Positions 38,101 to 50,500 of a stretch of DNA of 64,000 bases are shown here, piece by piece (positions within the stretch are counted from its first letter, which is position 1; every line of letters begins with the position of its first letter). The notes beneath the pieces are model-generated. The model searched no databases. It saw nothing but the letters and a program-made list of their open reading frames with translations, and was not told where the DNA came from. The translations under genes were made by a program, and so were the position numbers. The stretch is from assembly GCA_964057225.1 (NCBI GenBank), contig OZ059896.1, positions 6,324,001-6,388,000 on the forward strand. Direction: 5' to 3'. The DNA is from Auanema rhodensis. Taxonomy: Eukaryota > Animalia > Nematoda.

Positions 38101-38460
38101 TTTTGGTTCATGGACCTAATCTGGTTCATTCTGGACTTCTGACCCTTCCTCGACTCTCCGTTCTTCCTCGACTCTTCGGTTCTTCCTCGACTCTGCTCTC
38201 GACTCGTCGGTTTTTTCTCGACTCTGCTCTCGACTCGTCGGTTTTTCCTCGGCTCTTTGGTTGTTCTTCGACTTTTCGGTTTTGGTTCATGGACCTAATC
38301 TGGTTCATTCTGGACTTCTGACCCTTCCTCGACTCTCCGTTCTTCCTCGACTCTTCGGTTCTTCCTCGACTCTGCTCTCGACTTGTCGGTTCTTCCTCGA
38401 CTCTTCGGTTATTCCTCAACTCTTCGGTTCTTCCAGGGCACTTTGATTCTTCCTTTGACT
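35149..38460 (+). repeat. Pyrimidine-rich degenerate minisatellite (~19-bp TTCTTCCTCGACTCTTCGG core) with internal block duplications
   Basis: The core is interspersed with GGTTCACGGACCTAATCTGGTT modules. Identical 95-aa ORF translations at 35944, 36998 and 37434 mark duplicated blocks. Confidence 0.93.
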
Positions 38461-38513
38461 CGTTGGTTTTTCCTACCCCATCCACAAGATTTCTTCCGTG
38501 GTCCAGCAGATCC

Positions 38514-41500
38514 TTTGTGAACGAACTTTTTTTCAGAAAAACGACTTTTTTGTGAACAATTCTTGGGGATGGGGTCGATATAAACCGTTTTTCCGGAAAC
38601 ACGAGAATTCCTAGCCAAATCTGACTTGAAAATTCCGATTCTACACATCTGAATACCCAACCTCAAGGTGTTTTTGTTTTATTTTAGTTGATGATCTTGG
38701 AGTAAATCGGACATTCACCGGGCACAACGTGCCTACAGCCTGAACTTTTTTGTGAACAAATCTTCTGAATTGGGTCGATATAAACCTTTTTTTCGGAAAA
38801 AGGAGAATTCCTAGCCAAATCTGACTCGGAAATTCCGATTCTACACATCTGAATACCCAACCTCGGGGTGTTTTTGTTTTATTTAAGTTGATGATCTTGA
38901 AGTAAATAGCAGATTCACCGGGCACAACGTGCCTACAGCCTGAACTTTTTTGTGAACAAATCTTCTGAATTGGGTCGATATAAACCTTTTTTTCCGAAAA
39001 AGGAGAATTCCTAGTCAAATCTGACTTGGAAATTCCGATTCTACACATCTGAATACCCAACCTCGAGCTGTTTTTGTTTTATTTTAGTTGATGATCTTGG
39101 AGTAAATAGCAGATTCACCGGGCACAACGTGCCTACAGCCTGAACTTTTTTGTGAACAAATCTTGTGGATGGGGCCGATATAAACCTTTTTTTCGGAAAA
39201 AGGAGAATTCCTAGTCAAATCTGACTTGGAAATTCCGATTCTACACATCTGAATACCCAACCTCGAGGTGTTTTTGTTTTATTTTAGTTGATGATCTTGG
39301 AGTAAATCGGACATTCACCGGGCACAACGTGCCTACAGCCTGAACTTTTTTGTGAACAAATCTTCTGAATTGGGTCGATATAAACCTTTTTTTCGGAAAA
39401 AGGAGAGTTCCTAGCCAAATCTGACTCGGAAATTCCGATTCTACACATCTGAATACCCAATCTCGGGGTGTTTTTGTTTTATTTTAGTTGATGATCTTGG
39501 AGTAGATAGCAGATTCACCGGGCACAACGTGCCGACAGCCTGAACTTTTTTGTGAACAAATCTTGTGGATGGGGCCGATATAAACCTTTTTTTCGGAAAA
39601 AGGAGAATTCCTAGTCAAATCTGACTTGGAAATTCCGATTCTACACATCTGAATACCCAACCTCGAGCTGTTTTTGTTTTATTTTAGTTGATGATCTTGG
39701 AGTAAATAGCAGATTCACCGGGCACAACGTGCCTACAGCCTGAACTTTTTTGTGAACAAATCTTGTGGATGGGGCCGATATAAACCTTTTTTTCGGAAAA
39801 AGGAGAATTCCTAGCCAAATCTGACTCGAAAAATTCCGATTCTACACATCTGAATACCCAACCTCGGGGTGTTTTTGTTTTATTTTAGTTGATGATCTTG
39901 GAGTAAATATCAGATTCACCGGGCACAACGTGCCTACAGCCTGAACTTTTTTGTGAACAAATCTTGTGGATGGGGCCGATATAAACCTTTTTTTCAGAAA
40001 AAGGAGAATTCCTAGTCAAATCTGACTTGGAAATTCCGATTCTACACATCTGAATACTCAACCTCGAGGTGTTTTTGTTTTATTTTAGTTGATGATCTTG
40101 GAGTAAATCGGACATTCACTGGGCACAACGTGCCTACAGCCTGAACTTTTTTGTGAACAAATCTTGTGGATGGGGCCGATATAAACCTTTTTTTCAGAAA
40201 AAGGAGAATTCCTAGTCAAATCTGACTTGGAAATTCCGATTCTACACATCTGAATACTCAACCTCGAGGTGTTTTTGTTTTATTTTAGTTGATGATCTTG
40301 GAGTAAATCGGACATTCACCGGGCACAACGTGCCTACAGCCTGAACTTTTTTGTGAACAAATCTTCTGAATTGGGTCGATATAAACCTTTTTTTCGGAAA
40401 AAGGAGAATTCCTAGTCAAATCTGAGTTGGAAATTCCGATTTTACACATCTGAATACTCAACCTCGAGGTGTTTTTGTTTTATTTTAGTTGATGATCTTG
40501 GAGTAAATCGGACATTCACCGGGCACAACGTGCCTACAGCCTGAACTTTTTTGTGAACAAATCTTCTGAATTGGGTCGATATAAACCTTTTTTTCGGAAA
40601 AAGGAGAATTCCTAGTCAAATCTGAGTTGGAAATTCCGATTCTACACATCTGAATACTCAACCTCGAGGTGTTTTTGTTTTATTTTAGTTGATGATCTTG
40701 GAGTAAATCGGACATTCACCGGGCACAACGTGCCTACAGCCTGAACTTTTTTGTGAACAAATCTTCTGAATTGGGTCGATATAAACCTTTTTTTCGGAAA
40801 AAGGAGAATTCCTAGTCAAATCTGAGTTGGAAATTCCGATTTTACACATCTGAATACTCAACCTCGAGGTGTTTTTGTTTTATTTTAGTTGATGATCTTG
40901 GAGTAAATCGGACATTCACCGGGCACAACGTGCCTACAGCCTGAACTTTTTTGTGAACAAATCTTGTGGATGGGGCCGATATAAACCTTTTTTTCGGAAA
41001 AAGGAGAATTCCTAGCCAAATCTGACTTGGAAATTCCGATTCTACACATCTGAATACCCAACCTCGGGGTGTTTTTGTTTTATTTAAGTTGATGATCTTG
41101 GAGTAAATCGGACATTGACCGGGCACAACGTGCCTACAGCCTGAACTTTTTTGTGAACAAATCTTCTGAATTGGGTCGATATAAACCTTTTTTTCGGAAA
41201 AAGGAGAATTCCTAGTCAAATCTGACTTGGAAATTCCGATTCTACACATCTGAATACTCAACCTCGGGGTGTTTTTGTTTTATTTTAGTTGATGATCTTG
41301 GAGTAAATCGGACATTCACCGGGCACAACGTGCCTACAGCCTGAACTTTTTTGTGAACAAATCTTGTGGATGGGGTCGATATAAACCTTTTTTTCGGAAA
41401 AAGGAGAATTCCTAGCCAAATCTGACTCGGAAATTCCGATTCTACACATCTGAATACCCAACCTCGGGGTGTTTTTGTTTTATTTTAGTTGATGATCTTG

Positions 41501-44500
41501 AAGTAAATAGCAGATTCACCGGGCACAACGTGCCTACAGCCTGAACTTTTTTGTGAACAAATCTTCTGAATTGGGTCGATATAAACCTTTTTTTCCGAAA
41601 AAGGAGAATTCCTAGTCAAATCTGACTTGGAAATTCCGATTCTACACATCTGAATACCCAACCTCGAGCTGTTTTTGTTTTATTTTAGTTGATGATCTTG
41701 GAGTAAATAGCAGATTCACCGGGCACAACGTGCCTACAGCCTGAACTTTTTTGTGAACAAATCTTGTGGATGGGGCCGATATAAACCTTTTTTTCGGAAA
41801 AAGGAGAGTTCCTAGCCAAATCTGACTCGGAAATTCCGATTCTACACATCTGAATACCCAATCTCGGGGTGTTTTTGTTTTATTTTAGTTGATGATCTTG
41901 GAGTAAATAGCAGATTCACCGGGCACAACGTGCCTACAGCCTGAACTTTTTTGTGAACAAATCTTCTGAATTGGGTCGATATAAACCTTTTTTTCCGAAA
42001 AAGGAGAATTCCTAGCCAAATCTGACTTGGAAATTCCGATTCTACACATCTGAATACCCAACCTCGAGCTGTTTTTGTTTTATTTTAGTTGATGATCTTG
42101 GAGTAAATCGGACATTCACCGGGCACAACGTGCCTACAGCCTGAACTTTTTTGTGAACAAATCTTGTGGATGGGGCCGATATAAACCTTTTTTTCGGAAA
42201 AAGGAGAGTTCCTAGCCAAATCTGACTCGGAAATTCCGATTCTACACATCTGAATACCCAATCTCGGGGTGTTTTTGTTTTATTTTAGTTGATGATCTTG
42301 GAGTAAATAGCAGATTCACCGGGCACAACGTGCCTACAGCCTGAACTTTTTTGTGAACAAATCTTGTGGATGGGGCCGATATAAACCTTTTTTTCGGAAA
42401 AAGGAGAATTCCTAGCCAAATCTGACTCGAAAAATTCCGATTCTACACATCTGAATACCCAACCTCGGGGTGTTTTTGTTTTATTTTAGTTGATGATCTT
42501 GGAGTAAATATCAGATTCACCGGGCACAACGTGCCTACAGCCTGAACTTTTTTGTGAACAAATCTTGTGGATGGGGCCGATATAAACCTTTTTTTCAGAA
42601 AAAGGAGAATTCCTAGTCAAATCTGACTTGGAAATTCCGATTCTACACATCTGAATACTCAACCTCGAGGTGTTTTTGTTTTATTTTAGTTGATGATCTT
42701 GGAGTAAATCGGACATTCACTGGGCACAACGTGCCTACAGCCTGAACTTTTTTGTGAACAAATCTTGTGGATGGGGCCGATATAAACCTTTTTTTCAGAA
42801 AAAGGAGAATTCCTAGTCAAATCTGACTTGGAAATTCCGATTCTACACATCTGAATACTCAACCTCGAGGTGTTTTTGTTTTATTTTAGTTGATGATCTT
42901 GGAGTAAATCGGACATTCACCGGGCACAACGTGCCTACAGCCTGAACTTTTTTGTGAACAAATCTTCTGAATTGGGTCGATATAAACCTTTTTTTCGGAA
43001 AAAGGAGAATTCCTAGTCAAATCTGAGTTGGAAATTCCGATTTTACACATCTGAATACTCAACCTCGAGGTGTTTTTGTTTTATTTTAGTTGATGATCTT
43101 GGAGTAAATCGGACATTCACCGGGCACAACGTGCCTACAGCCTGAACTTTTTTGTGAACAAATCTTCTGAATTGGGTCGATATAAACCTTTTTTTCGGAA
43201 AAAGGAGAATTCCTAGTCAAATCTGAGTTGGAAATTCCGATTCTACACATCTGAATACTCAACCTCGAGGTGTTTTTGTTTTATTTTAGTTGATGATCTT
43301 GGAGTAAATCGGACATTCACCGGGCACAACGTGCCTACAGCCTGAACTTTTTTGTGAACAAATCTTCTGAATTGGGTCGATATAAACCTTTTTTTCGGAA
43401 AAAGGAGAATTCCTAGTCAAATCTGAGTTGGAAATTCCGATTTTACACATCTGAATACTCAACCTCGAGGTGTTTTTGTTTTATTTTAGTTGATGATCTT
43501 GGAGTAAATCGGACATTCACCGGGCACAACGTGCCTACAGCCTGAACTTTTTTGTGAACAAATCTTGTGGATGGGGCCGATATAAACCTTTTTTTCGGAA
43601 AAAGGAGAATTCCTAGCCAAATCTGACTTGGAAATTCCGATTCTACACATCTGAATACCCAACCTCGGGGTGTTTTTGTTTTATTTAAGTTGATGATCTT
43701 GGAGTAAATCGGACATTGACCGGGCACAACGTGCCTACAGCCTGAACTTTTTTGTGAACAAATCTTCTGAATTGGGTCGATATAAACCTTTTTTTCGGAA
43801 AAAGGAGAATTCCTAGTCAAATCTGACTTGGAAATTCCGATTCTACACATCTGAATACTCAACCTCGGGGTGTTTTTGTTTTATTTTAGTTGATGATCTT
43901 GGAGTAAATCGGACATTCACCGGGCACAACGTGCCTACAGCCTGAACTTTTTTGTGAACAAATCTTGTGGATGGGGTCGATATAAACCTTTTTTTCGGAA
44001 AAAGGAGAATTCCTAGCCAAATCTGACTCGGAAATTCCGATTCTACACATCTGAATACCCAACCTCGGGGTGTTTTTGTTTTATTTTAGTTGATGATCTT
44101 GAAGTAAATAGCAGATTCACCGGGCACAACGTGCCTACAGCCTGAACTTTTTTGTGAACAAATCTTCTGAATTGGGTCGATATAAACCTTTTTTTCCGAA
44201 AAAGGAGAATTCCTAGTCAAATCTGACTTGGAAATTCCGATTCTACACATCTGAATACCCAACCTCGAGCTGTTTTTGTTTTATTTTAGTTGATGATCTT
44301 GGAGTAAATAGCAGATTCACCGGGCACAACGTGCCTACAGCCTGAACTTTTTTGTGAACAAATCTTGTGGATGGGGCCGATATAAACCTTTTTTTCGGAA
44401 AAAGGAGAATTCCTAGTCAAATCTGACTTGGAAATTCCGATTCTACACATCTGAATACCCAACCTCGAGGTGTTTTTGTTTTATTTTAGTTGATGATCTT

Positions 44501-47500
44501 GGAGTAAATCGGACATTCACCGGGCACAACGTGCCTACAGCCTGAACTTTTTTGTGAACAAATCTTGTGGATGGGGCCGATATAAACCTTTTTTTCGGAA
44601 AAAGGAGAGTTCCTAGCCAAATCTGACTCGGAAATTCCGATTCTACACATCTGAATACCCAATCTCGGGGTGTTTTTGTTTTATTTTAGTTGATGATCTT
44701 GGAGTAAATCGGACATTCACCGGGCACAACGTGCCTACAGCCTGAACTTTTTTGTGAACAAATCTTCTGAATTGGGTCGATATAAACCTTTTTTTCGGAA
44801 AAAGGAGAGTTCCTAGCCAAATCTGACTCGGAAATTCCGATTCTACACATCTGAATACCCAATCTCGGGGTGTTTTTGTTTTATTTTAGTTGATGATCTT
44901 GGAGTAAATAGCAGATTCACCGGGCACAACGTGCCGACAGCCTGAACTTTTTTGTGAACAAATCTTGTGGATGGGGCCGATATAAACCTTTTTTTCGGAA
45001 AAAGGAGAATTCCTAGTCAAATCTGACTTGGAAATTCCGATTCTACACATCTGAATACCCAACCTCGAGCTGTTTTTGTTTTATTTTAGTTGATGATCTT
45101 GGAATAAATAGCAGATTCACCGGGCACAACGTGCCTACAGCCTGAACTTTTTTGTGAACAAATCTTGTGGATGGGGTCGATATAAACCTTTTTTTCGGAA
45201 AAAGGAGAATTCCTAGCCAAATCTGACTCGGAAATTCCGATTCTACACATCTGAATACCCAACCTCGGGGTGTTTTTGTTTTATTTTAGTTGATGATCTT
45301 GAAGTAAATAGCAGATTCACCGGGCACAACGTGTCTACAGCCTGAACTTTTTTGTGAACAAATCTTCTGAATTGGGTCGATATAAACCTTTTTTTCCGAA
45401 AAAGGAGAATTCCTAGTCAAATCTGACTTGGAAATTCCGATTCTACACATCTGAATACCCAACCTCGAGCTGTTTTTGTTTTATTTTAGTTGATGATCTT
45501 GGAGTAAATCGGACATTCACCGGGCACAACGTGCCTACAGCCTGAACTTTTTTGTGAACAAATCTTGTGGATGGGGCCGATATAAACCTTTTTTTCGGAA
45601 AAAGGAGAATTCCTAGTCAAATCTGACTTGGAAATTCCGATTCTACACATCTGAATACCCAACCTCGAGGTGTTTTTGTTTTATTTTAGTTGATGATCTT
45701 GGAGTAAATCGGACATTCACCGGGCACAACGTGCCTACAGCCTGAACTTTTTTGTGAACAAATCTTGTGGATGGGGCCGATATAAACCTTTTTTTCGGAA
45801 AAAGGAGAATTCCTAGTCAAATCTGACTTGGAAATTCCGATTCTACACATCTGAATACCCAACCTCGAGGTGTTTTTGTTTTATTTTAGTTGATGATCTT
45901 GGAGTAAATAGCAGATTCACCGGGCACAACGTGCCTACAGCCCGAACTTTTTTGTGAACAAATCTTGTGGATGGGGCCGATATAAACCTTTTTTTCGGAA
46001 AAAGGAGAATTCCTAGTCAAATCTGACTTGGAAATTCCGATTCTACACATCTGAATACCCAACCTCGAGGTGTTTTTGTTTTATTTTAGTTGATGATCTT
46101 GGAGTAAATCGGACATTCACCGGGCACAACGTGCCTACAGCCTGAACTTTTTTGTGAACAAATCTTGTGGATGGGGCCGATATAAACCTTTTTTTCGGAA
46201 AAAGGAGAGTTCCTAGCCAAATCTGACTCGGAAATTCCGATTCTACACATCTGAATACCCAATCTCGGGGTGTTTTTGTTTTATTTTAGTTGATGATCTT
46301 GGAGTAAATCGGACATTCACCGGGCACAACGTGCCTACAGCCTGAACTTTTTTGTGAACAAATCTTCTGAATTGGGTCGATATAAACCTTTTTTTCGGAA
46401 AAAGGAGAGTTTCTAGCCAAATCTGACTCGGAAATTCCGATTCTACACATCTGAATACCCAATCTCGGGGTGTTTTTGTTTTATTTTAGTTGATGATCTT
46501 GGAGTAAATAGCAGATTCACCGGGCACAACGTGCCGACAGCCTGAACTTTTTTGTGAACAAATCTTGTGGATGGGGCCGATATAAACCTTTTTTTCGGAA
46601 AAAGGAGAATTCCTAGTCAAATCTGACTTGGAAATTCCGATTCTACACATCTGAATACCCAACCTCGAGCTGTTTTTGTTTTATTTTAGTTGATGATCTT
46701 GGAGTAAATAGCAGATTCACCGGGCACAACGTGCCTACAGCCTGAACTTTTTTGTGAACAAATCTTGTGGATGGGGCCGATATAAACCTTTTTTTCGGAA
46801 AAAGGAGAATTCCTAGCCAAATCTGACTCGGAAATTCCGATTCTACACATCTGAATACCCAACCTCGGGGTGTTTTTGTTTTATTTTAGTTGATGATCTT
46901 GGAGTAAATAGCAGATTCACCGGGCACAACGTGCCTACAGCCTGAACTTTTTTGTGAACAAATCTTGTGGATGGGGCCGATATAAACCTTTTTTTCGGAA
47001 AAAGGAGAATTCCTAGCCAAATCTGACTCGGAAATTCCGATTCTACACATCTGAATACCCAACCTCGGGGTGTTTTTGTTTTATTTTAGTTGATGATCTT
47101 GGAGTAAATAGCAGATTCGCCGGGCACAACGTGCCTACAGCCTGAACTTTTTTGTGAACAAATCTTGTGGATGGGGTCGATATAAACCTTTTTTTCGGAA
47201 AAAGGAGAATTCCTAGTCAAATCTGACTTGGAAATTCCGATTCTACACATCTGAATACCCAACCTCGGGGTGTTTTTGTTTTATTTTAGTTGATGATCTT
47301 GGAGTAAATAGCAGATTCACCGGGCACAACGTGCCTACAGCCTGAACTTTTTTGTGAACAAATCTTGTGGATGGGGCCGATATAAACCTTTTTTTCGGAA
47401 AAAGGAGAATTCCTAGCCAAATCTGACTCGGAAATTCCGATTCTACACATCTGAATACCCAACCTCGGGGTGTTTTTGTTTTATTTTAGTTGATGATCTT

Positions 47501-50500
47501 GGAGTAAATAGCAGATTCGCCGGGCACAACGTGCCTACAGCCTGAACTTTTTTGTGAACAAATCTTGTGGATGGGGTCGATATAAACCTTTTTTTCGGAA
47601 AAAGGAGAATTCCTAGTCAAATCTGACTTGGAAATTCCGATTCTACACATCTGAATACCCAACCTCGGGGTGTTTTTGTTTTATTTTAGTTGATGATCTT
47701 GGAGTAAATAGCAGATTCACCGGGCACAACGTGCCTACAGCCTGAACTTTTTTGTGAACAAATCTTGTGGATGGGGTCGATATAAACCTTTTTTTCGGAA
47801 AAAGGAGAATTCCTAGTCAAATCTGACTTGGAAATTCCGATTCTACACATCTGAATACCCAACCTCGGGGTGTTTTTGTTTTATTTTAGTTGATGATCTT
47901 GGAGTAAATATCAGATTCACCGGGCACAACGTGCCTACAGCCTGAACTTTTTTGTGAACAAATCTTGTGGATGGGGCCGATATAAACCTTTTTTTCAGAA
48001 AAAGGAGAATTCCTAGTCAAATCTGACTTGGAAATTCCGATTCTACACATCTGAATACTCAACCTCGAGGTGTTTTTGTTTTATTTTAGTTGATGATCTT
48101 GGAGTAAATCGGACATTCACTGGGCACAACGTGCCTACAGCCTGAACTTTTTTGTGAACAAATCTTGTGGATGGGGTCGATATAAACCTTTTTTTCGGAA
48201 AAAGGAGAATTCCTAGTCAAATCTGACTTGGAAATTCCGATTCTACACATCTGAATACCCAACCTCGGGGTGTTTTTGTTTTATTTTAGTTGATGATCTT
48301 GGAGTAAATATCAGATTCACCGGGCACAACGTGCCTACAGCCTGAACTTTTTTGTGAACAAATCTTGTGGATGGGGCCGATATAAACCTTTTTTTCAGAA
48401 AAAGGAGAATTCCTAGTCAAATCTGACTTGGAAATTCCGATTCTACACATCTGAATACTCAACCTCGAGGTGTTTTTGTTTTATTTTAGTTGATGATCTT
48501 GGAGTAAATCGGACATTCACTGGGCACAACGTGCCTACAGCCTGAACTTTTTTGTGAACAAATCTTGTGGATGGGGTCGATATAAACCTTTTTTTCGGAA
48601 AAAGGAGAATTCCTAGTCAAATCTGACTTGGAAATTCCGATTCTACACATCTGAATACCCAACCTCGGGGTGTTTTTGTTTTATTTTAGTTGATGATCTT
48701 GGAGTAAATATCAGATTCACCGGGCACAACGTGCCTACAGCCTGAACTTTTTTGTGAACAAATCTTGTGGATGGGGTCGATATAAACCTTTTTTTCGGAA
48801 AAAGGAGAATTCCTAGTCAAATCTGACTTGGAAATTCCGATTCTACACATCTGAATACCCAACCTCGGGGTGTTTTTGTTTTATTTTAGTTGATGATCTT
48901 GGAGTAAATATCAGATTCACCGGGCACAACGTGCCTACAGCCTGAACTTTTTTGTGAACAAATCTTGTGGATGGGGCCGATATAAACCTTTTTTTCAGAA
49001 AAAGGAGAATTCCTAGTCAAATCTGACTTGGAAATTCCGATTCTACACATCTGAATACTCAACCTCGAGGTGTTTTTGTTTTATTTTAGTTGATGATCTT
49101 GGAGTAAATCGGACATTCACTGGGCACAACGTGCCTACAGCCTGAACTTTTTTGTGAACAAATCTTGTGGATGGGGCCGATATAAACCTTTTTTTCAGAA
49201 AAAGGAGAATTCCTAGTCAAATCTGACTTGGAAATTCCGATTCTACACATCTGAATACTCAACCTCGAGGTGTTTTTGTTTTATTTTAGTTGATGATCTT
49301 GGAGTAAATAGCAGATTCACCGGGCACAACGTGCCTACAGCCTGAACTTTTTTGTGAACAAATCTTGTGGATGGGGCCGATATAAACCTTTTTTTCGGAA
49401 AAAGGAGAATTCCTAGCCAAATCTGACTTGAAAATTCCGATTCTACACATCTGAATACCCAACCTCAAGGTGTTTTTGTTTTATTTTAGTTGATGATCTT
49501 GGAGTAAATCGGACATTCACCGGGCACAACGTGCCTACAGCCTGAACTTTTTTGTGAACAAATCTTGTGGATGGGGCCGATATAAACCTTTTTTTCGGAA
49601 AAAGGAGAATTCCTAGCCAAATCTGACTCGGAAATTCCGATTCTACACATCTGAATACCCAACCTCGGGGTGTTTTTGTTTTATTTTAGTTGATGATCTT
49701 GGAGTAAATAGCAGATTCACCGGGCACAACGTACCTACAGCCTGAACTTTTTTGTGAACAAATCTTGTGGATGGGGTCGATATAAACCTTTTTTTCGGAA
49801 AAAGGAGAATTCCTAGTCAAATCTGACTTGGAAATTCCGATTCTACACATCTGAATACCCAATCTCGGGGTGTTTTTGTTTTATTTTAGTTGATGATCTT
49901 GGAGTAAATAGCAGATTCACCGGGCACAACGTGCCTACAGCCTGAACTTTTTTGTGAACAAATCTTCTGAATTGGGTCGATATAAACCTTTTTTTCGGAA
50001 AAAGGAGAATTCCTAGCCAAATCTGACTCGGAAATTCCGATTCTACACATCTGAATACCCAATCTCGGGGTGTTTTTGTTTTATTTTAGTTGATGATCTT
50101 GGAGTAAATAGCAGATTCACCGGGCACAACGTGCCTACAGCCTGAACTTTTTTGTGAACAAATCTTGTGGATGGGGTCGATATAAACCTTTTTTTCGGAA
50201 AAAGGAGAATTCCTAGCCAAATTTGACTCGGAAATTCCGATTCTACACATCTGAATACCCAATCTCGGGGTGTTTTTGTTTTATTTTAGTTGATGATCTT
50301 GGAGTAAATAGCAGATTCACCGGGCACAACGTGCCTACAACCTGAACTTTTTTGTGAACAAATCTTCTGAATTGGGTCGATATAAACCTTTTTTTCGGAA
50401 AAAGGAGAATTCCTAGCCAAATCTGACTCGGAAATTCCGATTCTACACATCTGAATACCCAATCTCGGGGTGTTTTTGTTTTATTTTAGTTGATGATCTT

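Larger units (their letters stand above)
31204..38460 (+). ncRNA. Putative multi-exon repeat-built lncRNA (rightward)
   Basis: TATA/Inr; 48-nt intron at 31314-31361; then ~25 repeated 46-nt GT-AG introns (first at 31704-31749) alternating with 93/98-nt exons; terminal TC-rich block; no sustained ORF. Transcription is inferred and the 3' end is uncertain. Confidence 0.45.

Noticed and set aside
27072-38460. Foldback-type transposon or LTR/Penelope element as the explanation of the cassette
   Set aside because: The outer ends do not match each other, and there is no target-site duplication and no transposase or RT remnant. It is not excluded as a distant origin, but is unsupported here.
35098-38666. 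Many overlapping ORFs (LVLPRLFGSSS / RRVEEEPKSR types), also at 26947-27424
   Set aside because: By-products of a stop-poor low-complexity repeat. They are open in several frames on both strands, with frequent frameshifts and no domain.
38686-38746. Box C/D snoRNA-like TGATGA..CTGA in each 200-bp monomer
   Set aside because: Only a 3-bp terminal stem, very short, with no recognisable guide. Such motifs are expected by chance.
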